Assembly (NCBI GenBank): GCA_044222065.1
Contig: JBGAOA010000004.1
Coordinates: forward strand, 36,363 to 100,362
Length of the DNA stretch: 64,000 bases
Direction: 5' to 3'
Source: Candidatus Eiseniibacteriota bacterium
Lineage (GTDB): Bacteria > Eisenbacteria > RBG-16-71-46
This document shows positions 18,201 to 28,584 of the stretch, piece after piece. The number at the start of each line of letters is the position of its first letter. Positions within the stretch are counted from its first letter, which is position 1. The notes under the pieces are model-generated. The model was not told the origin of the DNA. It searched no databases and saw nothing but the letters and a program-made list of their open reading frames with translations. The translations under genes were made by a program, and so were the position numbers.

Positions 18201-20226
18201 GGCGCAGGCTGCCTGCGCCTGAGTCGTTCGCGTTCACGATCGTGTCGAAGTTGAAGCCGAAGTCGAGCCCGCCGAGGTCGGCCGTGCCCGCGAACGCGAC
18301 GGGCGCGAGCGACTGCGCGGTCGTCGTCGCGGTCGTGAGCGAGGCGAGCGTCTGGCTCGTCAGGTTCGCCGCGGCGTCCGCGCGCGCCGGGTTCTCGCCG
18401 CCGACGCGGTTCGCGTCCGCGACCGCCGCGCCGCCCGAGGCGTCGGTGCGGAACGTCTGCACGGGGAGCAGCGTCGCGACGGCGCCCGCGCGCGACGAGG
18501 TGACGGTCGCGTTCACGACGCGCACGGTGTAGCTGCCGCCGACGAAGCCGTCGAACACGTAGAGCCCCGCGGCATCCGTCGTGTCGGCCGCGAGCCACGC
18601 GCCCGAGGCGTCGTACAGCTCGACGCGCACGTTCGGCCGCGCGACGCCGCCCGACGCGGCGAGCGAGCGGCCCGCGCCGCCGCCGTAGTTCACGTCCTCG
18701 AACACGGTGCCCGTGAAGCGGTAGCCCGTCACCGTGACGTCGGTGCGCTGGACCCCGGGCGTCACGGCGTCGCCGTCCGAGAGCGCCGCGAGCGGTGTGC
18801 CCGACTGGGCGCCGATGCAGTCGAGCGCGGCCTGGTTCGACACGACGGTGCCGGTCGGCGCGGGCGCGTTCACCGTGACGCGGAAGCGCACGCTCGAGGA
18901 CGCCCCGGGCGCGATCGAGCCGCCGGCGCCGGCGGTCGCGCCGCTCCCGAGCCGGAACGTCACGCGCCGGCTCGCCGCGTCGTACTCGGCCTGGTCGTCG
19001 CCCGCGGCGTCGGACTTCGTGCCCGCGTTCGGGCCGCTCGCGACGACGAGGCTGCCGGCCACGTACGTCGCGTTCGCGGGCAGCGTGTCGCGCACGACGA
19101 CCGCGTTCGCGCCGTCGTTGCCGTCGTTGCGCAGCGTGACGAGGTACTCGAGCACGTCGCCCGGACGCACGACGCCGCCGTTCACGTCGGTCACGGTCTT
19201 CGTATAGCCGGTCGCGTTGAAGATCGGCTGGTACAGCTCGGTCGCGAACGTCAGCAGGCCCGGCAGGATGCGGTCGCCCGTCGAGACGACCGTGATCGTC
19301 GCGCTCGTCGCGCCGTTCGGCAGCACGCCGTTCGCGGTGATCAGATCCACGTCCCAGCCGAGCTGGTTCTGGTAGTTCGGGTTCTTCGCCGTGAAGTTGG
19401 CGCCGAACTGCGTGATCGTGCTGTTGAAGAAGTTGTCCACCGGGTTCAGCGCGTCGGACAGGTTCGTGCCGTTCAGCTGGAACGCGTCGCCGGTGAGGCC
19501 GCGGTCGCCCTCGCCCGCGACGACGCCGAGCCGCGTGTTCACGGCGCCCGCGGGCGGCGTGACGAAGCCGCTCGTCGTCGTCGTGACCGTCGCGCCCGGC
19601 TCGACGCGCGCGAAGCCGTCGAACACGACCAGGTTGCGCGGCGGCTGGCTCGCGAGCGCGTACACGACGACGAGCGCCCAGCCCGCGTGATGGTTCGCGC
19701 TGCCCGTGGTCGAGTAGACGTTCGCGCACCAGTACGTGCCGCTGCCGCCGGCCTGAACGAGCGCCGTCACGTCGCGGAAGCCCTGGTAGTAGGGCGACGA
19801 CACGTCGAGCTGCGTCGCGATGATGTTCTGGTAGCCGACGGCCGGGGTCGAGAAGCGGCACGTGTTGCGCGCGGCGTTCGTGGACTCGCCCTGCCAGTAG
19901 AGCCCGGCCCACAGGACCGTCGCGCCCGCGGGCACGGTGAGCGTCGCGCTGCTCGACGAGAACGTCGTGCCGTCGGCGTCGGCGTTCACGTACGTCATCG
20001 TGAAGTCGTTGTTGTCCACGTTGCCGCCCGTGCCGTTGCGGCCGTTCGTGCAGCCGCCGCCGCCGTTGCACGACAGGATCGTGTTTCCGACGAGCGTGAT
20101 GTCGCCGCTCTGGTTGGTCGTGAAGCGCGGCGTGAACGTGCGCACGACCTGAGCCGCCGCGGGCGCGGCGGCGAGCGCGAGCGCGAGCGATGCGAAGACG
20201 AGCGGGCGGAGCGTGCGCGCGCTCAT
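15295..20226 (-). CDS. Large secreted DUF11/SdrD-B/beta-helix surface protein (putative tip adhesin)
   Basis: Signal peptide ending PAAA-Q. Complete internal DUF11 (YTKTV...PGDVLEY...RDTLP...VSNQA). SdrD-B-like GxVFxDxN repeats. Beta-helix-like region. Truncated C-terminal DUF11 (LTKSV...QDATP...FQVRVQ*). Confidence 0.85.
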   Translation of the reverse strand: MSARTLRPLVFASLALALAAAPAAAQVVRTFTPRFTTNQSGDITLVGNTILSCNGGGGCTNGRNGTGGNVDNNDFTMTYVNADADGTTFSSSSATLTVPAGATVLWAGLYWQGESTNAARNTCRFSTPAVGYQNIIATQLDVSSPYYQGFRDVTALVQAGGSGTYWCANVYSTTGSANHHAGWALVVVYALASQPPRNLVVFDGFARVEPGATVTTTTSGFVTPPAGAVNTRLGVVAGEGDRGLTGDAFQLNGTNLSDALNPVDNFFNSTITQFGANFTAKNPNYQNQLGWDVDLITANGVLPNGATSATITVVSTGDRILPGLLTFATELYQPIFNATGYTKTVTDVNGGVVRPGDVLEYLVTLRNDGNDGANAVVVRDTLPANATYVAGSLVVASGPNAGTKSDAAGDDQAEYDAASRRVTFRLGSGATAGAGGSIAPGASSSVRFRVTVNAPAPTGTVVSNQAALDCIGAQSGTPLAALSDGDAVTPGVQRTDVTVTGYRFTGTVFEDVNYGGGAGRSLAASGGVARPNVRVELYDASGAWLAADTTDAAGLYVFDGFVGGSYTVRVVNATVTSSRAGAVATLLPVQTFRTDASGGAAVADANRVGGENPARADAAANLTSQTLASLTTATTTAQSLAPVAFAGTADLGGLDFGFNFDTIVNANDSGAGSLRQFLVNANALSNTGLAQSGFTPGTENALFLVTDGAAHPGLRAGLANLLVSGVVSVRVTSALPAITEAVRVDGATQTANVGDTNPGALGAGGTVGVDGVALATVAAPEVELRDSLSVAIGLDVQAANVVLARLAVFGFGNAAGSDANADVRVGATANAFALTAAVLGTSARAFADPGASLRSGGDHLRAVGGDNGAVTNVLAGFGAGSGLAFVAGSNGWTVDGAEIRGNAIGNPTRDGVSLEGGGTLVVRNALVTQHEGPGLDTRTGTGGSTFTNLTVTRNGLGAGATSETPGVRLDGAGNRVDRCVLAQNVGAGVLACPTASTSTLTRNSMYDNGTVAPLGGGVASGQIGIDLLASGQNEARGTSPFFTRNDLADADAGANGLPNFPVLETAVTANGSFTVTGWARPGSTIELFVAEPDPSGFGEGRTYVTTLVEGSASDLDAGASTYSGLVNGVNQGTDLTNRFRFTVPTPGAVSPGVRLTATATLASATSEFSGLATVTSGVSVSGWAYHDANHDLTRDAGENGTGQPLFAKLVSNALPGSAQQIVSVDGITGAYGFGFVAAGTYSIVLDDNGVASDVTPATPAGWIGTEAAGGVRTTVTVSAANLVDQNFGFYHGSRVEGRVFRDDGAGGGGANDGVAQPAEAGVAGARVRALSAACPGGACDSVLTDPAGGFALWLPFTAAGAVTIAESTPSGWLSTGGAAGTTGGTYARASDAFAFTLASGVVYSGLGFGDVPASGFAAAGARAVFPGAFADYPHVFAAGSAGTLAFSTSGAPVPAIPGWSASVWRDLDCDGVLEPGEPEITAPLALLAGQSVCVIVRHQSPAGATAGAGEQLTVRASFDYSGAAPPLSADAVLLDQTTIATSGGLQLTKSVSSASALPGDALTYTITYTNPGPEPLSAIVVQDATPAYTVFLGAGCGALGGGLTGCVVSAAPAPGGTGVVQWTLSGTLLPGGSGSVTFQVRVQ

Positions 20227-23200
20227 CGGCGGCCTCGCGCGGGGCGCAGCAGTTCGTCGTCGAAGCGCGCGCGGATGCGCAGGAAGCCGCCCTCGCGCGT
20301 CCAGTCGGTCCCTGCGAGTTCGTCGTCCTCGTAGCCGAAGCGGTTCCAGCCCGCGCTCAGCCACACGCCCGCGCCGAGCTGGCGTCCGATCTCGGCGCCG
20401 AGCGCGTCGCGGCGCTGGCGGAGCGTGCGGCCTACGACGGCGCTCGCGGCGACGCTCGCGTCCCAGTCGCGTCCGAACGCGATCGAGGCGCGCGCCGATC
20501 CGCGCTGCGCGCCCGTCACGCCGCGGAAGCCGTCGGCGCGTTCGCTCGCGACCTTGCCGGCCCAGCCGAGCGTGGCCTCGAGCGCGCCGCCGACCGGGCC
20601 CGTGCTCTGGAGCGCGAGCACGTGCGCGAGCCGGCGGTGCGGGAACGGCGAGCCGCCCGTGTCGCGGTCGTAGCGGAACTCGTAGCGCGTGAGCGCGTCC
20701 CACGCCTCGTGGGTCGCGTCGCGATACGCCGCGCCGAGCTGGAAGCGCAGCCGCGCGTGCGTGCCGCTCGCTCGCGCGTCCTCGAACGACAGCTGGTGGC
20801 GGCCGAGCATCGTCCACGACGAGTCCACGCGGCACGCCGCGGCCATCGTCGCGAGGAAGCCGTCCGAGGCGCGGCTCGTGCGCACTTCGACGCGCGTCGA
20901 GCCCTTCCAGCGTTCGCCCTCGGCGTACTCGATCGAGCCCGTCACGGCGGTCGCGGGCCCGGTCGTCGCGCCGGCGAGCGGGCTCACGCGCTCGAACGAC
21001 GTGCCGATGCGCATCACGCCGTCCACCGTCCACAGGTTCCGCAGGCCGAGCGCCGCCTCGCCCTCGCGGCCCGAGAGCCCGTCGCCGAGCCGGTACTCGC
21101 TGAAGACGCGCGTGTCGGGCCGCACGTCGGTGTCCACGCCGAGCACGGTCGAGAGCCGGCGCTGCGATTCGCGCAGCGCCCACTCGCCCGCGAGGCTCGA
21201 CACGAGTTCGTGACGCGCGTACACGCGGCCGCGCCCCGCGAGCCGGTACTCGCCGCCGACGGCGACGAGCCGGCGCGCGTCCATCACGCTCTGCTCGTAC
21301 TCGGCGAAGCCCGTGACGTCGGGCCGCCCGGGCGCCTGCGCCTGGAGCCGAGCGCGCAGCGCGTAGCTCGTCGGTTCCTCGAAGCCGGTGCGGCGGTCCT
21401 CGCCCGCGACGCGCACGCCGAGTTCGCCCTGCACGCCGCGCGCGAGCACGCGGTCCACGCCGACGAGCACGCCGCCGCGCTGGTCGCGCGCGAACGCGTC
21501 CGCGCTGTAGAGCGCCTCGAGCCGCAGGCTCGTGCGCGGGTCCACGCGCCCGGTGAGCCGCGCGCCCGCCTCGGTGCGGCCCGCGCCGAAGCCCGCGCCG
21601 GGATTGTCGAAGTCGGCGCCCGTGGCCGAGCCGAACGCGTAGCCCTGCACGGCGCCGCTCTCGTGATGCAGGTCGAAGCGCGCGCCGTCGCCGCGGCTGC
21701 CCCCGATGCGCTGCGTCACGGCCCACTCGGCCTCGAGCGTCGTCTTCGGCGAGAGCTTCGCCGCGATCGAGAGGCTGCGCAGCTCGGAGGGCTTCTCGGG
21801 ATCGTGGTCGTCCACGTACGAGCCGCCGGCCTCGAGCCGCGGCGTGAGCTTCACGCGCGCCTCGGCGCCCGACACCCAGAACGGCTCGCCGTCCGACTCC
21901 ACTTCATAGCCCACGCGGACGTAGACCGGGTTCAGGTCCGCGTCCACGCTCGGCACCGGCTGCTTGAAGACGATGCGGCCTTCGAACGGATCGATCTCGT
22001 AGTCGGTGAAGCGCGAGCGCGCGTTCGCGCTCAGCACGACCGCCGGCTGGTTGCGATCGCGCACGATCACCTCGACGCGCTCCGAGTTCTCGACGATCGG
22101 CGCGCCCGGCAGCACGTAGGGGCCCGAGACGCCGAGGCCGGGCAGCTCGTCCACGCGGCGGCGCGTGCGTTCGCGGCTCGTGAACGCGTCCACGCGCACG
22201 CGCTCGTCTTCATAGTGGTGCTGGACGCCCGTGAGGCTGCGCTGGTAGCCGGCGAGGCTGCGGACGCTGCCGCTGCCGCGCGTGACGAAGTCGCCGTACA
22301 GCAGCGAGGCCGCGCCCCGGTCGGCGCGCGCGTACAGCCGGCCGGTGGACTGCGCCTCGTAGCCGCGCACCGACGCGTCGCCGTAGACGGGGTAGAACGC
22401 CTCGGGCTGGATGTCGCGGAAGCGGCGCAGGCCCTCGGGCTTGTCGGTCGCGTAGCCGAGCGTGAGCAGCACGTCCTCGAACACGCGGCCCTTCACGAAC
22501 AGCGCGCCGCGCGCGACGGCGCTCGCGTCGCCGTCGCGGCGCTCGCTGCGGAACTGCGACGCCCACGACTCGAAGCCGGTCTCGGGGTGGAGCGGCGCGT
22601 TCGGCCCGCGGTGCAGCTTGCCGAACGACACCGTGCCTTCGAGCGAGCCGAGCGCGAGCAGCGGGCGGAGGTCGGGGCCGAAGTCCACGACGGATGCCGC
22701 GCGCAGCGCGCCTGCCGCGGCGCCGAGGCGCGCGCGCCCCGGCGTCGCCGGCGCGACGAGCGCGAGTTCGGCGAGTCCGCCCTCGACCGCAACCTGCACG
22801 CCCGGCGCGGCGGGATCGAGGTCGGGAGCGGTGAACGCGCCGAGCGTGGTCTCGAGCGTGACGATCGTGCGCGCGCCGACCGGGACGCCCTTCGCGTCGG
22901 TGAGGCGGATCGCGAGCGGCGCCGGCGTGCGGCCGTCGGCGATCGGGCGGCGCGGCGTCTCGAGCGCGACGTGCGCGAGCGGGCCGGGCGCCACGACGCG
23001 CAGCGCGACGCGGCCGACCGAACGCGGCGGCGCGACCTCGAGCACGTTCACGCCGGGCTCGAGTTCGACGCCGAGGTACTCCCACGCTTCGACGTTCGCG
23101 GCGTGCGCGACGACGCGGCGGCCGACGCGCGTCTCGGGCAGCGGCCGGCCGTTCACGCGCAGGCGGAGCGTCGTGCCGGGGCGCCCCTTCACGCGCACCG

Positions 23201-25650
23201 CGAGCTGCGTCACGCCGACCGTGTCGTAGTCGGCGAGGCCGACGAAGCCGAGGTCGAGCGACGGCGCGAGCTGCTCGAGCGAGGCGACCGGCAGCGCGTG
23301 GTGCGCGGACGACGGCGCCGAGGCGAGCGCGGCGTCGGCGAACAGCGGCAGGCGCGACTCGCCGCTCGTCACGGCCGACGTCGCCGCGCGCGCGCATCGC
23401 CCGGCAGGGTCGCGGGCTCGTCCATCGCGGACGGCCGCGCGAGGCCGCGCGCGAGTTCGCTGCCGAAGGCGCCCGGCGTCTCGCGGCGCGCGCGCCGCCG
23501 CGACGGCGGCGGTGTCGGCGCCGAAGTGCGTGCTGTCGGGCGCGAGCGGGAAGTCCGCGCGCGAGTTCTCCGCGGTGCAGGTCCACGAGCCTCAGGCCCG
23601 GCGTGCCGAGGTCGCGGCGGTCGCGCGCGACCGGCTTCGTCACCGCGGGCACCGTCGTGCGGTCGAGCTTCACCGCGGTCGCGCGCGGATCGAGGCCGTA
23701 CAGGCTGTACGCGCCGTCGCGGTCGGTGATCGCGAACGTGCCGTCCAGGTACAGCCGCACGCCCGGCACGCCGGGCTCGCCGGCCGAGCGGCGGCGGTCG
23801 CCGTCGAGGTCCACCCACACCGTGCCGACGAGCGTCGCTTCGTCGGCGAACGCGCCGCCCGTCACGACGACGCGCGCGGTCGCGACGTTCGACAACACGC
23901 TGTCCGCGACGGCCCAGGCGCGGTTGATGCCGTCGCCGTCGGGCGCGCCGGGGCTCACGCGCACGCGGTAGCGCAGCGTCGCGCTCGCGTGGGCGGGAAG
24001 CGCGCCGAAGTCGAACGTCAGCGACGGGCCGCGGCCGCCGGCGGGGTCCGCGAGCCGCGAGGTGTCGCGGCGCGCGGTGCCGGCGACGTACGCGAAGCCG
24101 AACGGCAGCCGGTCCTCGATTGCGACGCGGTCGAGCAGGCTGTCGGTGCGGCTCTCGATCCGGACCGCGAACTCGAGCTCGTCGCCGATCTCGACCGCGG
24201 CGCGCGAGGCGGACTTCTCGGCGAAGAGCCGCACCGCCGCGCGCGCGTCGAGCGGCACGTCCCAGCTCACGGGCGACAGCGCGGCGGTGGCGGCGAACGG
24301 CGCGCCGTAGGAGGCGACGGCGTCCACGCTGCGGAACGCCGGGAACGACGCGGCGGGAAGCCCCGAGGGGAAGCGGTGGGTCGCGGGCGGGAACACGTCG
24401 AGCCGGTACGTGCTCGGCGGCACGAGCGGGAACGCGTACGCGCCGCTCGCGTCGGTGACGAGTGCTGCCGGCGCGGGCGTCACGCCGTCCGCGGCGAACA
24501 CGCGCGCGGGGCCGCCCGCGAGCCCGCCGTTGCCGGCGCCCGTGACGTCGGTGAGCTGCACGCGCACGTTCGCGACCGGCAGCCCGGTGCGCGCGTCGAA
24601 CACGACGCCCGCCGGCGCGATCCACACCTCGGCCTCGGTGCGCGTCGCGCCGCAGCCGAGGAGCGTCGCGCGCACGGCGTCGTTGCGAGTGACCTCGACG
24701 ACGCCGGTGCGCGTCGCGGCGAACGTGCCGGTCGCGTCGAACGTCGGCACGTTCGGCTCGATGCGGAACCGGCCGGTCGAAGGGCCGGTCTCGGCCGCGC
24801 GGTAGGACTCGGAGTCGCCCGCGCGCGTCGTCGCGATCGAGATCGTCACGGTGTCGGCGAGCGCCGGGTCGAGGTCGCACTGCGGGGCGACCGCCTCGAG
24901 CCAGAGCGGCGCGCTGACCGTGCTCACGCGCGTCGGCGTCGCGTACGACGGCCCGGCGTAGAACGCGAGCGTCGGCGGCACGAGCGGCGGCGTGGCGGTG
25001 ACCGAGTCGCGGTTCGCGGCCGTGACCCCGGAGGCGAGCCCGGTCGCGCGCAGCTCGAGGCGCGCGAACGCGCCGTTCGGCGCGGTGAGCGGGCTCGTCG
25101 CCGAGACGATCAGCGCGACCGAGTCGCCGGGAGCGAGCGTGATCGTGCCGCCCGGCGCGAGCGCGACGTCGCCCGGGCCGACGAGGCCGTCGCGGTCGAC
25201 GTCGCGGGCGAGCGCGAGGCTCGCGAAGTCCCAGCCGTCGCCCGCGAGGTTCGCGAGGTCGAGCCGGTAGGTCGCCGTCGCGTTCCCGAGGTGCCGCAGC
25301 TCGTGCACGAACGCCGTCGTCGCGCCGGCGGGCGCGATCGCGCCCTGGTCGCGCGTGAGCGACAGCGCCTCGATCGCCGAGACGATCGTGCGCACGGGGT
25401 TCGAGTCCACGAGCAGCGCGCCCGAACCCGCGGTCGTGGCCGTCGCGCGGGCGACGTTGTCGATCGGCGTTCCCGGTGCCGGGCCCGCCTGCGCGCGCGC
25501 GTATACAAAAACCAGCGTCCCGATCGCGACGCCGAGGCGCACGGCGGCCGCGCGCGCGACGCTCGCGAGCGAGCGCGCGGCGAGACCGGCCGCGTTCGCG
25601 AACGGCGAACGCGGGTGCGGAGACCCCGGATGGCGACGGGACGTGGGCAC
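20223..25650 (-). CDS. Large DUF11/SdrD-B protein with C-terminal outer-membrane beta-barrel-like region; interrupted by about 3 frameshifts at 23380-23560
   Basis: N-terminal part in ORF 22210..25785, middle in 23369..24880 (FGSELARG...DARAR), C-terminal part in 20223..23372 with amphipathic strands ending GGFLRIRARF. Start codon uncertain. Confidence 0.75.
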
Positions 25651-25842
25651 GGTGCGAACTCCCGGCGTCCCGCTCCGGCGCGCCAGCTTCTGTCTGAGAC
25701 GTCCGATTGCTGCGTTACTCGCTCGCTTCTCGCTGCGGAGCATCTTGCAGATGCGCCTCGCTCGTCGCTTGCTCGTGCCTTGCACTCGGACTTCTCAGAC
25801 AGAACCCAGAGTCGCGCCGGATGCGGAACACCCAGAGGGGGA

Positions 25843-25872
25843 CGCGGCGGGCCCGAAGGGAGGCCCGCCGCG
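25843..25872 (-). terminator. GC-rich hairpin just after the major DUF11 gene (terminator or mRNA stabiliser)
   Basis: CGCGGCGGGCC-N8-GGCCCGCCGCG, a perfect 11-bp stem. No clear U-tract. Confidence 0.5.
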
Positions 25873-25881
25873 CGGAGCCGG

Positions 25882-28494
25882 CTAGGGATCGATGCGGACG
25901 CCGAACTCGACCACGGTCGTGTTGCCCGGTCCCAGCGTCGGGATCGTGACCGTGATCGTTCCGGCAGCGCCCGCGGCCGGAGCGGCCGTGACGCTGCCGG
26001 CCCCGCTCACGACCGCGGCGGGGACCGTCGCCGAGTAGGTCGTGAAGGGCGGCGTCGCATCGCTCACCACCACGTTCGTGACACTCGACGTGCCGACGTT
26101 CGTGATCGTGAGCCGGTAGCGCAGGCAGTTGCCGGGCACCTGCGTCAGGTTGACCGTCGTGTACGCGCCGTCGGCCACGCCGTCGCAGGTGTTGTCGAGC
26201 ACCTGCTCCTTGAGGACCGTGACCTGGCCGTTGATGACGGTGCTGTTGTCCGTCGCGGTCACGATCGGCGGCGCGATGCTCACGTAGCCGAGGTTCGACG
26301 TCGAGGCGTCGAACGTCGTGACGTTGACCTGGCCGAGCGGGGCGCCGGCCGGAGCGAACACCTGCACGAACAGGCGGATCGAGGTGAGCGGAGCGATGCC
26401 GCCGATCGTCGAGAGGTCGTTGATCGCGACGTCGCCGGCGTCGAACACGCCGCTGTTGTTCGTATCGTGGTAGATCACCGACGACCATCCGGCCTGGTTG
26501 TCGGCGGTCGTGAGCGCCACGAGGCTGCCGGTGCCGTCGCCTTCGACGACGTTCCCGTTGTTGAACAGCAGGTGCGTGTACACGACCGTGCCGCCCGGGA
26601 CGATCTGCGCGTTGTTGTTGGGCACGAGCGTGAGCTGGCGCAGCGGGTTCACGGTCACGGCGTCGTGGATGCGGTCCGCGGCGCCCGTCGTCGGCGACAG
26701 CGAGCGGAAGTACACGTCCGTCGTGCCCGGCGTCGCGGCCGCGGGGACCGTGACGTCGGCGTACACGAGCACGCCGCTCCACGGACCGACGGCGACCGTG
26801 CCCGCGATCGGGGTGAGCGTCGCGTCGAGGAACTGCACGCTCCAGCCCGCCGGCAGCGTGAGGGCGCCGAACGAGCCGTCCGTGCTGGCCGCGAGGTTGT
26901 AGGCGTCCGCGACGCCGGCGGTGTTGTTGACGTACAGCGTGAAGCGCGTCGTCGTGCCGGGGTTCGTCGCGTTCGTGACGACCGCGCCCGCTTCGGGGCC
27001 GGCGCCGACGCCGAGTCCGCCGGGGAACGCGGCGTTGTTCGTGAGGTCCACGCGGTTCGGACGGATGCCGTTCAGGATGTCGGTCGCAGTGGCGTTCGTA
27101 CCGTTCGTGATCGAGGTCGCGGTCTTCTGGACCTGGAACCCGCCACCCGTGGCGTTCGGCGGCAACTGCACGCGCAGCACGACGGTGGTCGTGGCGCCTG
27201 CGGCGACCGGGCCCGTGTCGGGCGTGCCGTTGAAGTTCGTGTCCGTGAGCGGCGTCACGCCGTCCGCCTGGTAGAGCGCGTACGTCGTGCCCGGCGGGAA
27301 CGTGGACACGCCGATCGTCACGTCGAAGCGGTCGGTGCCGTTGCCGTTGTTGACGAGCGTGTTCGCGTACGACAGCGCCGCGCCCTGGTTCACCGAGTCG
27401 ATCGTCGTGCCGGTGAACGTGAAGGCCACCGACTGGAGCACCGTGAACGGCGCCTGGTTCGTGAAGAACGGACCGGCGTTCGCCGCGCCGTCGAAGTAGG
27501 CGTAGCGCGACGAGTTGTTGAGGACCTGCGGCGCGAGGCCCGGATCCACGTTCACACCGAACGTGATCGTTCCGGACGAGCCCGCCGGCACCTGGTTCAG
27601 GATCGCGGTGACGGTGCGGCTCGGCCCGTCGTAGATCCACTGCACCGTGTTCGGCGACACGCCCTGCGCGTCGGTCGAATCGGCGTCGGTGAGCACGACG
27701 GCGCCCGTCGCGCTCCAGCGGCCGCTGCCCGGCACGTACGTCATGCCGACCGGGACGACGTCGGTGAAGCGCACGCCGGTCGCCGTCGCGTTTCCGCTGT
27801 TCGTGTACGTCATCGTGTACGTGTACGGGCCGCTCGGCGAGTTGCCCGACGGCACGTTGATGCCCTTCGTCACGGCCACGACGGCGTTGCCCGTGACGTT
27901 CACGCGGTCGGTGTTGAACGCGGTCTGGGCGTTGTCGAACACGCTCGTCGCGGTGATACGCAGCTGCGCGAAGTCGCCGCCCACCTGCGTGCCGGGCACG
28001 GCGGCCACGACCACGAAGTGGAACACGGCGCCCGCCGCGATCGGACCGGTGCTCGCGATCGGCGTGAAGTTGTCGGGCACGCCGTTGCCGTCCGCGTCGG
28101 GGAGGATCTGGATGCTGGCGAAGTCGAAGTTGTCGCCTCCGAGATCCGCGGCGGTGAGGTTGAAGTCGTCCGTGCCGTTGCCCGTGTTGGTCAGCACGTG
28201 CGGGAACACGGCCGAGCCGCCCGGGGCGGACGGCAGGGTTCCGTCGGCGGTCAGCGTGAAGCTCGCCACCTGGAGCACGATCGTGGTGACGAGGTTCGAG
28301 GGCACGCTGCGGCTCGTGCCCGAGGCGTCGAGGTACGTCGCGGACGCCTGATTACCGATCGAGGTGCCCGCGGGCGGCGCGGCGTGCGCGGCCGTGGCCG
28401 TCCACGCGAACGCCGCGGCCGTCACGAGCGCGAGGACGCCGTGACGCAACGTCGCGAGCCGGCGGAACGCGCCGGTCGTGTGCGAGGGAGACAT
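25882..28494 (-). CDS. Secreted DUF11 repeat protein (putative major shaft subunit)
   Basis: AAGGAG RBS. Signal peptide ending AHA. Mature N-terminus APPAGTSIGNQASATY. Repeated NxGN-x-D Ig modules. C-terminal truncated DUF11 ending FGVRIDP*. Confidence 0.88.
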   Translation of the reverse strand: MSPSHTTGAFRRLATLRHGVLALVTAAAFAWTATAAHAAPPAGTSIGNQASATYLDASGTSRSVPSNLVTTIVLQVASFTLTADGTLPSAPGGSAVFPHVLTNTGNGTDDFNLTAADLGGDNFDFASIQILPDADGNGVPDNFTPIASTGPIAAGAVFHFVVVAAVPGTQVGGDFAQLRITATSVFDNAQTAFNTDRVNVTGNAVVAVTKGINVPSGNSPSGPYTYTMTYTNSGNATATGVRFTDVVPVGMTYVPGSGRWSATGAVVLTDADSTDAQGVSPNTVQWIYDGPSRTVTAILNQVPAGSSGTITFGVNVDPGLAPQVLNNSSRYAYFDGAANAGPFFTNQAPFTVLQSVAFTFTGTTIDSVNQGAALSYANTLVNNGNGTDRFDVTIGVSTFPPGTTYALYQADGVTPLTDTNFNGTPDTGPVAAGATTTVVLRVQLPPNATGGGFQVQKTATSITNGTNATATDILNGIRPNRVDLTNNAAFPGGLGVGAGPEAGAVVTNATNPGTTTRFTLYVNNTAGVADAYNLAASTDGSFGALTLPAGWSVQFLDATLTPIAGTVAVGPWSGVLVYADVTVPAAATPGTTDVYFRSLSPTTGAADRIHDAVTVNPLRQLTLVPNNNAQIVPGGTVVYTHLLFNNGNVVEGDGTGSLVALTTADNQAGWSSVIYHDTNNSGVFDAGDVAINDLSTIGGIAPLTSIRLFVQVFAPAGAPLGQVNVTTFDASTSNLGYVSIAPPIVTATDNSTVINGQVTVLKEQVLDNTCDGVADGAYTTVNLTQVPGNCLRYRLTITNVGTSSVTNVVVSDATPPFTTYSATVPAAVVSGAGSVTAAPAAGAAGTITVTIPTLGPGNTTVVEFGVRIDP

Positions 28495-28584
28495 GTCCAC
28501 ACTCCTTGTGCTTGCGAGGTGCGGACACGGAAAACGGCGAACGTGGGCGCCGGTTCCGTGCCGCGTCCGAGACGGGATCCGGAA

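Noticed and set aside
23380..23560. Programmed ribosomal frameshifting in the barrel gene
   Set aside because: Three shifts within 180 bp in GC dinucleotide tracts with no slippery heptamer. Sequencing error is more parsimonious.
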